Shown piece after piece: positions 18,709 to 26,681 of a stretch of 48,766 nt of DNA (position 1 is its first letter; each line of letters opens with the position of its first letter). The translations under genes were made by a program, and so were the position numbers. Source of the stretch: Cronobacter phage ESP2949-1; the sequence record JF912400.1, one strand, 5' to 3'. The notes under the pieces are model-generated. The model saw only the letters and a list, made by a program, of their open reading frames with translations, ran no database searches and was not told where the DNA came from.

Positions 18709-19313
18709 TTGCCGATGCCGAACACTGCGTTGATAACTGCCGCCGCGCCGTCATCAATAGCATCATCTACCAGGGCGACGTCATGCTCGTTATAGTTGGG
18801 CAGTGTGGAAAGGCCAGGCTGATTGATGTAGTTGCGGCTATCTCCGCTTCCTTCGAAAACGTATCCAGGTCGAGACAGGCGCACAACATGCACCTCATGG
18901 CCGCGCGCCATAAGCGGATCAATTTCCTCCGGGAAACCCCCGTCGCTCATGATAACCACCTGACCATCAAGCCGGGTAATGTTGGAGATGGCGCCGGCAA
19001 TGCGCCGGCCAAAGTAGTTCACACCGAAGGATGGCTTCATTACTTCTTCACTCAGCCAGATCATGTACTCGCGGGGAGATTTACCGTTCAGGACAGGCAG
19101 CGGCTTTTCTTTGCGCTCGCGGTCGTCGTATGCAGCCAGAAATTCAACGTAATCCTCTGCGCCAAGCATGGCCTGCGCGATCTGGAACATTGGGAGCTTA
19201 AAGCTCAGGCTGTGAACCCTGACGCCTCGCTCTTTGAGCAATTCGCAGATTCGGTTTGCCAGGGTATCTTTGCCGGTGCGCGGAGGCGCGTTAAGGATGA
19301 TGACTTTTGCCAT
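18693..19313 (-). CDS. Deoxynucleoside monophosphate kinase-like P-loop protein
   Basis: MAKVIILNAPPRTGKDTLANRIC Walker A; PREYMIWLSEEVMKPSFGVNYFGRRIA typical of phage dNMP kinases. Confidence 0.7.
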   Translation of the reverse strand: MAKVIILNAPPRTGKDTLANRICELLKERGVRVHSLSFKLPMFQIAQAMLGAEDYVEFLAAYDDRERKEKPLPVLNGKSPREYMIWLSEEVMKPSFGVNYFGRRIAGAISNITRLDGQVVIMSDGGFPEEIDPLMARGHEVHVVRLSRPGYVFEGSGDSRNYINQPGLSTLPNYNEHDVALVDDAIDDGAAAVINAVFGIGNSTNW

Positions 19314-19345
19314 GATGTTAAAACCTCGTTAATGTTTGGGCCTCC

Positions 19346-19388
19346 ATTTTAATCACAGAGGCCGCTTTGTGTTTAGCTATTCTTGCTG
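19346..19388 (-). promoter_or_regulatory. TAGCA-dyad promoter cassette
   Basis: CAGCA-AGAAT-AGCTA, TAAACA, 18 bp, TAAAAT. Confidence 0.6.
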
Positions 19389-19395
19389 AATAGGA

Positions 19396-20409
19396 TTATT
19401 CCGCAGAATCCTTGATGTGATGGCGAGGCTCACCATCTTCCGGCTCGGGCCATTTTCTTGACTTATTTACCGCCAGCTTTTCGATCATCGCCTTAGTGAT
19501 CTGCTCATCGGTTATGCCCGCCCTGCGCTGCGCATCCCAAAGCAGGAATTGCATATCTGCCCACTCGAACAGATCGCCTGGATTCTCAGCCGCCTCAATT
19601 GCCTCTTTCGCCAGGTGTTTCAGCGGGCCTATTGGGCCTACCGCTCCGAAAGTCTCCTGAGACCAGTTAGCATGTTCGATCCGGACGCGGTATCTTGCCT
19701 GAACTTCTGTTTCACCCATGCTGGCGAATTGCTGATATTCGTTACCAACCTGAGCGCTGATTCGGTTGGCAAGTTCTGTTGCGTAAGCAAGAATTTGACT
19801 GGCGCGCTGGGCAAGTTCGCTCTTTGGCGGCGATGCCTTATCTGCCTGGTTTGGCATGGCGCGGCCCTTTGTGCGTGCGATAACCTGGTGCGCGTTGTTG
19901 AGCGCAGCCGCGTTCGACGGCTTCGGATTGGTGAACAGCACAAGGCTTTCCAGCGCTGCAAGCAGATCATCGCGCTGCCGTTCCAGTGTTGTGATTATTT
20001 CAGGCACAGCCTGCGCGGGCGGTGCGGTGTAGAGTGGGGTTACTTTCCACCCATTCCCAATCCAACCTTCAGCTACAGATTTTGATCTGGTTAATGCCCC
20101 CGAAGCGAAAGGCCCGTCATCGTGACGCCACGCCACCGGCTCCGCACGCTCCCTCACGGATACAGGCGCAGGCGGATAATTAGCCAGCATCCAGGCGATA
20201 ACATAATCGGCCTTGAAGCGCTCAACCGGGAACCCTTCGTTCAAGTCGCGGAAGTGGTAAATTACTTTATCCAGATCTGGAGCGCCATCCGCCTCCACCT
20301 TCTCACTTTCGAAGATGACGTTGCCAGCGGGCGCGTTGCGGACAGCTTCAATGATGCGGTCGATGGCTTCCGGCGATAACTTTTTCAGATCTAATTTTAA
20401 GCTTTTCAT
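19396..20409 (-). CDS. Ea22-like / DUF550 (MazG-like dNTP diphosphohydrolase-type) fusion protein
   Basis: Middle WRHDDGPFASGALTRSKSVAEGWIGNGWKVTPLYTAPP; C-terminus HANWSQETFGAVGPIGPLKHLAKEAIEAAENP..EWADMQFLLWDAQRRAG. Confidence 0.7.
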   Translation of the reverse strand: MKSLKLDLKKLSPEAIDRIIEAVRNAPAGNVIFESEKVEADGAPDLDKVIYHFRDLNEGFPVERFKADYVIAWMLANYPPAPVSVRERAEPVAWRHDDGPFASGALTRSKSVAEGWIGNGWKVTPLYTAPPAQAVPEIITTLERQRDDLLAALESLVLFTNPKPSNAAALNNAHQVIARTKGRAMPNQADKASPPKSELAQRASQILAYATELANRISAQVGNEYQQFASMGETEVQARYRVRIEHANWSQETFGAVGPIGPLKHLAKEAIEAAENPGDLFEWADMQFLLWDAQRRAGITDEQITKAMIEKLAVNKSRKWPEPEDGEPRHHIKDSAE

Positions 20410-20446
20410 AGTTTCCCTTATTGGCCCGGATAGCCGGGCAGGTTGG

Positions 20447-20737
20447 TTATTTTTTTAAAAGCAATTCGGATTTAACTTCATTTGATGGGTGTCTGTAGTT
20501 CACCAACTCACCAGGCATTTTCATCAGCTTGCCGTAACCATCAAGCGCCTGAACTCGACAACCCTTAACACCAAAAGCCTCTGTGTTGATTGTCTCATCA
20601 TACTGGTTTAGCAACTCAGCCATCTTCTCTTGCCATTCTTTCGGCATTTGCTGCATAGCTACGCGCGGAATTACCAGAAAGCTTGCGCGGGAAAGGCCAA
20701 ACCATAAATCCAGGTCTTTACGATTATCTTCATCCAT
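20447..20737 (-). CDS. Hypothetical early protein
   Basis: MDEDNRKDLDLWFGLSRASFLVIPR...; start refined, cassette upstream. Confidence 0.6.
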   Translation of the reverse strand: MDEDNRKDLDLWFGLSRASFLVIPRVAMQQMPKEWQEKMAELLNQYDETINTEAFGVKGCRVQALDGYGKLMKMPGELVNYRHPSNEVKSELLLKK

Positions 20738-20782
20738 CTGGTTTACCTCAGTTATTAGCGGCCCATCGCCGCCCACAAAGCA

Positions 20783-20825
20783 AGAATACCCGATACAGTG
20801 ATCGGGTATTTAGCAATTAGTGCTA
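20783..20825 (-). promoter_or_regulatory. TAGCA-dyad promoter cassette
   Basis: TAGCA-CTAAT-TGCTA, TAAATA, 18 bp inside a 10-bp perfect stem AATACCCGAT/ATCGGGTATT, TATTCT. Confidence 0.65.
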
Positions 20826-21422
20826 TTTGCCGCCTTTGGCGTAAAACTCCAGGATTCGAATCATGTCGAGTCGGTCGCTGAATGCCAGGCGGTGTCCTGC
20901 ATAAAGTTCAAAAGCATCATTGGATTTTGTCACGCCGTGACCTTTAGCCAGGAGGCAAAGCGCAGCTATTGCGCCAGCCTGGCAGCGTTCAACGATGGAG
21001 TCTTTCTTACTGCCACGCAATTTATTGACAAGCTCTACATAGGCATCTGAACGCTTGATGGCCTGGTCGATGGCCGACTCAATCGCTGCCTTTGGCGTCG
21101 CTCCATATGCACGGATCTGGCTGGTGTTATCGCCGCTGTAGTTGTAGCAGTAATAGCGATACTCCGGCTTAACCTCATCTTGAATGACCTGTTGCGGATT
21201 GGTGCGGATTGTCTGGTCATTCAGAAAGAGACCGCTCAGCTCATGCACCAACTCGGCATTCCATCCGCAGTTATGCCAGGTGCGCACTTTCCAGCCGTCG
21301 CCAACTTCCAGGAGAAGGAGGTTGTAGTGGTCGGTAACTTGCTCAAGCACAGTGGCCTTGCAGTTGAAGCCGCAACTGGTGAAACAGTGAATGTCGCCGT
21401 GTTTGATCTCTTGTGGTTTCAT
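20823..21422 (-). CDS. Hypothetical early protein
   Basis: MKPQEIKHGDIHCF...; start refined; its TAG stop is inside a cassette dyad. Confidence 0.6.
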   Translation of the reverse strand: MKPQEIKHGDIHCFTSCGFNCKATVLEQVTDHYNLLLLEVGDGWKVRTWHNCGWNAELVHELSGLFLNDQTIRTNPQQVIQDEVKPEYRYYCYNYSGDNTSQIRAYGATPKAAIESAIDQAIKRSDAYVELVNKLRGSKKDSIVERCQAGAIAALCLLAKGHGVTKSNDAFELYAGHRLAFSDRLDMIRILEFYAKGGK

Positions 21423-21462
21423 CGGTGTTGCTCCGGTAATGGCCCATAATGGGCCGGCTTGG

Positions 21463-21768
21463 TCAGGCTGGCAGAGCGCCAACGTCGCGGGATGATTTAA
21501 GTGCGTTCCAGAAGTCGAACGGCGTTTCTTCCACATCGCGCCATGAATGATTGAACTTTCCAAAGTTCAGAGTTCCGCACTCCAGGCGCGGGCCGGTGTA
21601 CCCAATGCGCACAAGTTCTTCGTGCGTAACTTGAATAAGATCTGGCAATTCATGCTCGGCATTATCCCCAAAGCGGTAAGTTTTGGCGTTTACTCGCGCA
21701 GGAAACTTTACGCCGGAAAAGTAGTTTTCCGGATATCCCGCTGCGTGCAAAATCTCTACAGTTTTCAT
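21463..21768 (-). CDS. Hypothetical early protein
   Basis: 101 aa. Confidence 0.6.
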   Translation of the reverse strand: MKTVEILHAAGYPENYFSGVKFPARVNAKTYRFGDNAEHELPDLIQVTHEELVRIGYTGPRLECGTLNFGKFNHSWRDVEETPFDFWNALKSSRDVGALPA

Positions 21769-21809
21769 TGCAAAACCCTCAGTGATGGCCCCTTGCGGGG
21801 CCGGTTAGG

Positions 21810-22094
21810 TTAGGCTGCCATCTCGGCAGCGATGAAGGCCAGAACTTCGCGAAGGTGTTTCTCGTCGCGGATGGTCGCCGGAAGTTCTTCCTTGATGGCG
21901 CTGTCCAGGTAGACGTTGCCGTTCCAGGTGTAGGAGCCGTTCGGGTTTACCAGGCAGGAGAACATCCATTCGCAATCGTTATCCGCTTCCCACACGCACA
22001 GCAGCATTTTTCCATCGTCGTTCAGATCTTCCAGGGTAACGTCGAGGCCGCGTTTTGCTGCGTATTTTTTGGTGGTTGCGTTGATTGTTTTCAT
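21810..22094 (-). CDS. Hypothetical early protein
   Basis: MKTINATTKKYAAKRGLDVTLEDLNDDGKMLLCVWEA; cassette upstream. Confidence 0.6.
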   Translation of the reverse strand: MKTINATTKKYAAKRGLDVTLEDLNDDGKMLLCVWEADNDCEWMFSCLVNPNGSYTWNGNVYLDSAIKEELPATIRDEKHLREVLAFIAAEMAA

Positions 22095-22144
22095 GGCTTC
22101 GTCTCTCTCACTGGTGGGCCGCACCGCGCCGCCCTATGTGATAA

Positions 22145-22187
22145 ATAATACCGAAAGCACGCGATCCGGTTTTAGCAAAAAGTGCTA
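22145..22187 (-). promoter_or_regulatory. TAGCA-dyad promoter cassette
   Basis: TAGCA-CTTTT-TGCTA, TAAAAC, 18 bp, TATTAT. Confidence 0.7.
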
Positions 22188-22430
22188 TTGCCCGATTATT
22201 TCCGCCTCCAGTCCGATAACGAAAGCAAGCCATCCGTCGCGCCCGGTTGTGTCAGGCCGGTCGCCTGGCTGGTGCCCTGCCTGGAAGTCATAACCCACCC
22301 TCTCCATTTCGGAAACGCTAACTGCCACCAGACCGTTGGCGAAGCTCGCCGTCTGCGACTCCATGATGATCGGGAATGTCAGGTGACGCATTCCGTCATA
22401 GTCGCCGTTGTTGGTTATCATCAATTTCAT
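22185..22430 (-). CDS. Hypothetical early protein
   Basis: 81 aa; ATG overlaps upstream stop; TAG stop in cassette dyad. Confidence 0.6.
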   Translation of the reverse strand: MKLMITNNGDYDGMRHLTFPIIMESQTASFANGLVAVSVSEMERVGYDFQAGHQPGDRPDTTGRDGWLAFVIGLEAEIIGQ

Positions 22431-22636
22431 AGTTCCGCCTTGATGATTATGGTTGACTGGTCGTGTCGCTCGCTCCGGACGGTTGCATGAACCGCCAGGC
22501 CCAGGGCGTTAATCTGGCGCGCAAGCTCGGTGCCGGATGCGGGATGGTTGAATAGAGTGACGGTACGTGTGGCACCAGGCGGCACATTGGCCGCCAAGGA
22601 TTCGGGAGTTGCCACCTCTCCCGCTTCAATAATCAC
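22427..22636 (-). CDS. Hypothetical early protein
   Basis: 69 aa, overlaps neighbours by 4 nt on both sides. Confidence 0.6.
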   Translation of the reverse strand: MIIEAGEVATPESLAANVPPGATRTVTLFNHPASGTELARQINALGLAVHATVRSERHDQSTIIIKAEL

Positions 22637-23118
22637 TTATCAACCCCATGCGATCCGAGGTCTACGCGGTCGGTGTCGGCGTACTCGGTGCAGACCAGGA
22701 CGGTTAGCCCCAGGCTGCGCAGGTGGCGCGCCACATCCAGGCGGTCATCGACACAAAGCAGAATGCGATCCAGGCCAATGCGACGTAATTCTTCCTCCTT
22801 GATGATGGTGTCCTTACGGTTATCGTCGTGGCGTCGCATGATGAGGCGGTCATGGTAGATGCCATGCTTGTCAAGCCAAACCACTGTCAGATCGCGAGCA
22901 ATATCGCTGCGACCGGTCAGAATGATGACCTCATAGTCCTGATACCAAAGCGCCTCGGCCAATGCTGCATTGGCCTCAATCAGCGCATCATCAGCGCAAG
23001 CCAGGTTGAACTCAGTCCAGCTTTCTGTGAGGTGGAGGTCTTTTGTCGGCAGCAGGTGAAGGCGGTGTTTACCGCAAGCCAGGGTGCCATCGAGATCGAA
23101 AATAACGACGTTTTTCAT
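22633..23118 (-). CDS. HAD-superfamily phosphatase (polynucleotide 3'-phosphatase-like)
   Basis: VIFDLDGTLA motif I, IILTGRSDIAR motif II, ILLCVDDRLDVARHLRSLGLTVL motif IV. Confidence 0.8.
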   Translation of the reverse strand: MKNVVIFDLDGTLACGKHRLHLLPTKDLHLTESWTEFNLACADDALIEANAALAEALWYQDYEVIILTGRSDIARDLTVVWLDKHGIYHDRLIMRRHDDNRKDTIIKEEELRRIGLDRILLCVDDRLDVARHLRSLGLTVLVCTEYADTDRVDLGSHGVDK

Positions 23119-23120
23119 GC

Positions 23121-23285
23121 TTATTCCTCTGTGACAGGCTCTGTCGCCTGTAGTTTGGTTTTGGCCGTGGCGGTCACGGCTCCGGATTCGATAATGACGA
23201 TGGCGGCCTGGTCGCCGTCGCCGGTGTCAATGTCAAGCCAGGCGTCATCATCCCAATCGGGGAATCTGACGGATCGGGCTGTCAT
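23121..23285 (-). CDS. 54-aa acidic hypothetical protein (absent from ORF track)
   Basis: Manual translation MTARSVRFPDWDDDAWLDIDTGDGDQAAIVIIESGAVTATAKTKLQATEPVTEE; ATGA overlap with the stop of 23282..23749. Confidence 0.55.
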   Translation of the reverse strand: MTARSVRFPDWDDDAWLDIDTGDGDQAAIVIIESGAVTATAKTKLQATEPVTEE

Positions 23286-23749
23286 TCCTCATCGCCCTCT
23301 TTCTTGCTGAGGCGGTCAATGCGTGCCTGGATGTGGGCATGAAAGCGGCGCACAGCCTCCATTGCTGGAATCAATGCTTCCGGCTCCAGGTCGGTGATGT
23401 TCGGCTGGATATCCATCAGCGCGCGGAGTTCTTCCAGCTTCGCAGCCCGGCGCACGATGCCTTTTGCCTCCTTGTCGGCACTGTCAATCTCGCTAACCGG
23501 CTCGATGGTGAAGCGGTAGCACTCGCCGCGCTCCGGATGGTTGACGGTGCGCATCTTGATCTTGCCGGCTGCCTGAACCTCTTTGACGCGGGAGATGATG
23601 TTGCGCAGATATGACTTTGAGATCTTCTCAGGTTGCGCCAGGTTGATAGCGATGTACTCAAACGGCACGAGTACCTCTTGCACCTCGCCCATGCCCAGCT
23701 TTCGGCCAGACTCGCGCAGCATGTCATTAAATTCGGATGGTGTTAGCAC
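23282..23749 (-). CDS. Hypothetical first gene of leftward early operon
   Basis: GTG start preceded by AGGAGG-aatccac; the longer ORF start (23794) would overlap the promoter -10. Confidence 0.6.
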   Translation of the reverse strand: MLTPSEFNDMLRESGRKLGMGEVQEVLVPFEYIAINLAQPEKISKSYLRNIISRVKEVQAAGKIKMRTVNHPERGECYRFTIEPVSEIDSADKEAKGIVRRAAKLEELRALMDIQPNITDLEPEALIPAMEAVRRFHAHIQARIDRLSKKEGDEE

Positions 23750-23783
23750 GTGGATTCCTCCTGACTGGTTAAAGTTGATATGG

Positions 23784-23811
23784 ATTATAGGCATCTCAAT
23801 TATGATGTAAA
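23784..23811 (-). promoter_or_regulatory. sigma70 promoter for leftward early operon
   Basis: Minus strand TTTACA-N16-TATAAT; leads to RBS+GTG at 23749. Confidence 0.75.
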
Positions 23812-23872
23812 GTGTTTAAAGCTGTAAAATTAATTTATTTTCAGCTTTGTACAGATAATTGCCAAATTAAAT

Positions 23873-24175
23873 CTGTAAGTTGATGTTTTCATTGTAATTA
23901 ATCCAGTTTGTTCATCAGTTCAATTGCTGCGGAGGATTTTCGACCCCATATATATGCCTATATATACCTACACAACCATATAGATTGATTTCGAAATGGG
24001 GTAAAAACCTTCCGCAAATGTAATAACACTTGAACATCCATATTACCCCTCTCCCCCTCCCCCCTCCCTCTACAGATAAATAAATAAATAAACCTTTATT
24101 TTTCATATATATCTAAGGGGGGAGGGGGAGGCTATAGGGGTAGTTTCGCGCGGCGTTTTTGCTCAAAATTTAACC
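23873..24175. repeat. Duplicated non-coding element, copy 1 (C-tract / (TAAA)n / G-tract core)
   Basis: Shares in the same order CTGTAAGT..ATGTTTTCAT, CCCATATA-rich block, AGATAAATAAATAAATAAACCTTTATTTTTCATATATATCTA core, GGGGAGGCT and GCTCAAA with 43308..43577. Confidence 0.85.
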
Positions 24176-24412
24176 AATTTTGTTCAAAGGATGATTTTGT
24201 ATGCTCGTGAACTTTGTGTACAGGCGATGCTAACAGGTCAGAAAGTGACCAACTCTCGACAACTTTTTTCCTCAATCCTCTTGACATGCTCGCATTATTC
24301 AATCCATCCATCATCCCTCATCAAAAGTGTCGCAGTGACACAATTCAGCGCGAACAATGCTATCAACTAATCCAGTAACCAAAATTTAACCAGCAAGAGA
24401 ATATCCATTAAA

Positions 24413-24456
24413 TAGCACTTTTTGCACATACACGATCCCGTTCAGAGTGTTATGCT
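24413..24456 (+). promoter_or_regulatory. Divergent member of TAGCA-dyad cassette family upstream of 24488 gene
   Basis: TAGCA-CTTTT-TGCAC dyad, TATGCT at 24451; weak -35. Confidence 0.4.
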
Positions 24457-24487
24457 TGAGACTCACCAACCAATGAGGATTTGAGGA

Positions 24488-24784
24488 ATGGCCAAGAAAG
24501 TCTCGAAGCTGGACATGCCTACGGCGCAAGCCATTGTGAGCGATATGCAGATGATAAAGATGCTTTGCGTTCAGGCTCAAAGCTATTCCGACTGCCTGGG
24601 CACGCTTAAGTTCCGGTATCAATCTGTCAGCGTTGACCTGGAGATTTTCCCGGAACATATCTCGGAGTTGTGGGATTGGCCGCTTTCAGCCTCCAGCCTA
24701 GAGCAATTCCACACGCGGGCGCTTCGCTTTGCCAGAATGGCCGAGGCTCATGCGATCTGGCTTGCTACCAACGTGGAGGGCTGA
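24488..24784 (+). CDS. Hypothetical protein
   Basis: 98 aa; RBS gaggatttgagga upstream. Confidence 0.65.
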   Translation: MAKKVSKLDMPTAQAIVSDMQMIKMLCVQAQSYSDCLGTLKFRYQSVSVDLEIFPEHISELWDWPLSASSLEQFHTRALRFARMAEAHAIWLATNVEG

Positions 24785-24787
24785 TTG

Positions 24788-25072
24788 ATGGATATCGCAA
24801 CACGTAAGGCTATTGGCGAAAGCCTTTATTGTCTGGATCGCATTGATGACCTGGAAGGGATGGTGCTTCGCGGTCTTACGATAGGAAAGGCAAAATCCAT
24901 GTACCGAGGTCAACTGTCTGGAATTAACCTTTCACTTCTGCCTGAGTTCATATCCAGCAAAAGTGAGATGGCGCTTTATGCAGACAACCGGCAGCAGTTT
25001 CTTGCGCGGGCAAAGGTTTTTTGCGTCATGGCTTCGGCTTACTTAAACTGGCGAATTGATGAGGATTTTTGA
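24788..25072 (+). CDS. Hypothetical protein
   Basis: MDIATRKAIGESLYCLDRIDDLEG...; ATG start refined from 24785. Confidence 0.6.
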   Translation: MDIATRKAIGESLYCLDRIDDLEGMVLRGLTIGKAKSMYRGQLSGINLSLLPEFISSKSEMALYADNRQQFLARAKVFCVMASAYLNWRIDEDF

Positions 25073-25074
25073 TA

Positions 25075-25368
25075 ATGCGGATTAGCTCCGGACTGCGCAA
25101 CTGCGCGCTTAATCGCGGTATGAAGCTTTGGGTATCCAAAAAGGATGGGTTTGAGGTTGTCAACCTTTACGATCTGAGAGATGACCGACTCATTTGCAAC
25201 TGGAACAAGTACGGTTACGGATCGCTTATTCCGGCCATCAACAAAAAGCTTTCTGCGCAATTTGGTTTTCATACCGGCATGATCAGGAGCGAGATCATTA
25301 TGCAGGGCGTGCTGGATGCCATCGCTCATGATATTGGCCTGCGGAAAATCGTTTATGGCAAGGCGTAG
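25075..25368 (+). CDS. Hypothetical protein
   Basis: MRISSGLRNCALNRGMKLWVSKKDG...; start refined. Confidence 0.6.
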   Translation: MRISSGLRNCALNRGMKLWVSKKDGFEVVNLYDLRDDRLICNWNKYGYGSLIPAINKKLSAQFGFHTGMIRSEIIMQGVLDAIAHDIGLRKIVYGKA

Positions 25369-25594
25369 ACGGAAGCCGGAGCCGGTTTGTCGGTGCGGTG
25401 CCTATGATTTCCCTCACCGGTTTGGCGGGGGAAGGTGTAACGGCCTGGGTATCGTGATGCACAACGTGGGCGGGTCGTCCTGCTCAACGTGCAATCTGAT
25501 GTGCGATGGATGCCAGGTGATTTCCGGCCAGGAGCATCCGCGAGAGTGTTACTACGTCCAGGACTTCGCCGCGTCGTGGGAGATTAAAATTTAG
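25355..25594 (+). CDS. Cys-rich hypothetical, possible zinc-binding protein
   Basis: MARRRRKPEPVCRCGAYDFPHRFGGGRCNGL...CSTCNLMCDGCQVISGQEHPRECYY. Confidence 0.6.
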   Translation: MARRRRKPEPVCRCGAYDFPHRFGGGRCNGLGIVMHNVGGSSCSTCNLMCDGCQVISGQEHPRECYYVQDFAASWEIKI

Positions 25595-25597
25595 TCG

Positions 25598-25640
25598 CCG
25601 CACAAAAAGCTAAAACGTGATCCGGCATTTGTGGCAATAT
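25598..25640 (+). promoter_or_regulatory. Degenerate cassette
   Basis: CCGCA-CAAAA-AGCTA, TAAAAC, 18 bp, CAATAT. Confidence 0.4.
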
Positions 25641-25671
25641 GAACTTAAACCAACCAATAGAGGGAAAAGGA

Positions 25672-25899
25672 ATGCACGTTAAGACCATTAACATTATCGG
25701 ATGTCTCAAAAAGAAAGGGCGCATTATCGTTAAGCTGGCGAATTACCCTGGCGTTCGCCAGATCGTAATCAGCCGCCGCGCCAACGGAAACTATGTTGTT
25801 GGCAAAGAGCCGGGCAGCGCATTAACCAGTGCGACGGAAAGAGATGTTGAAAGCATGATTGACAGCCTGCATATGTTTATCGAGCGCTGGCATTCCTGA
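25672..25899 (+). CDS. Hypothetical protein
   Basis: MHVKTINIIGCLKKKGRIIVKLANYPGVRQIVIS... Confidence 0.6.
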   Translation: MHVKTINIIGCLKKKGRIIVKLANYPGVRQIVISRRANGNYVVGKEPGSALTSATERDVESMIDSLHMFIERWHS

Positions 25900-25953
25900 G
25901 CGGTAAACCCACAAGGGCGGATGTTGCGCGCCGCCCTCAAATTTGAGGTGATT

Positions 25954-26070
25954 ATGAATAAGTTCCTGCAATACACGTACCGGATCGTGATGGATGAGAT
26001 GTTTGTTTTTCATCTTCGCCTGGCGCTGTTGTTGTGGTTGGCCCTTCTGGCGGTGGATTTCTTCCGATGA
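25954..26070 (+). CDS. 38-aa membrane microprotein (absent from ORF track)
   Basis: RBS gaggtgatt; MNKFLQYTYRIVMDEMFVFHLRLALLLWLALLAVDFFR. Confidence 0.5.
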   Translation: MNKFLQYTYRIVMDEMFVFHLRLALLLWLALLAVDFFR

Positions 26071-26186
26071 AAACATGGCGTAAAATTGCTTCGGCGATAG
26101 CCATTATCGCTATTGCTGCGTATGTGCTGGTGCCAGGGTTTGTGTTTTATTTCCTGGTAATAGAAACGTTAAGGAGTTGCAAATAA
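26067..26186 (+). CDS. 39-aa membrane microprotein (absent from ORF track)
   Basis: ATGA overlap with previous; MKTWRKIASAIAIIAIAAYVLVPGFVFYFLVIETLRSCK. Confidence 0.5.
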   Translation: MKTWRKIASAIAIIAIAAYVLVPGFVFYFLVIETLRSCK

Positions 26187-26440
26187 TGTGTGAAAAACAT
26201 GATGACGAATTTTTCTTTCGTCTGCATCAGGCCGAAGAAGCTGGTTTAAACCAGGAGTGGGCGTTAAAGGTAGCATACCTTGAGGTAACGCTTGATGAAG
26301 CTCTCGGCGCTATGGATATGGAAGCAGAAAGCGAGTTCGATCCGAACTTCGTGATGTGCGATGGCGTTATTGATGCCGACGATGGTTATGATTGCGGTTG
26401 TCGTGGCGGGGATGCGTGCTGCGAATGTATGCCGTTTTGA
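26186..26440 (+). CDS. Hypothetical protein with Cys-rich tail
   Basis: TAATG overlap; ends DGYDCGCRGGDACCECMPF. Confidence 0.6.
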   Translation: MCEKHDDEFFFRLHQAEEAGLNQEWALKVAYLEVTLDEALGAMDMEAESEFDPNFVMCDGVIDADDGYDCGCRGGDACCECMPF

Positions 26441-26447
26441 GGTGATT

Positions 26448-26681
26448 ATGAGCAAGCCAAAGGTAAAGCCAATCCGCGCCGACCAGATCAAAAACGGCGA
26501 CTGGATTTTTGTGCCGGTCAGAGGTGGCGGACTCTCTAAAAAGCCCTGGTATGTCGCCGCAGCAAGACGCCAGCGCATTCTCGGGCACATTGAAATTTTC
26601 GTCCTGCATGGCGAAAGATATGACAAGCCAGCGCAACGGCTTCCGGTTTATGAATCTGAAAAAATTTTTAAGGTGATCTGA
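26448..26681 (+). CDS. Hypothetical protein
   Basis: MSKPKVKPIRADQIKNGDWIFVPVRGG...; RBS gaggtgatt. Confidence 0.6.
   Translation: MSKPKVKPIRADQIKNGDWIFVPVRGGGLSKKPWYVAAARRQRILGHIEIFVLHGERYDKPAQRLPVYESEKIFKVI

Noticed and set aside
23915-24106. 63-aa minus ORF and 24132..24314 60-aa ORF in the control region
   Set aside because: Translate across the C/G tracts of the duplicated element (GGGRGRG), have poor RBSs and no equivalent in copy 2.
24281-24309. Consensus TTGACA near 24281
   Set aside because: No acceptable -10 at 15-19 bp, so not called as a promoter.
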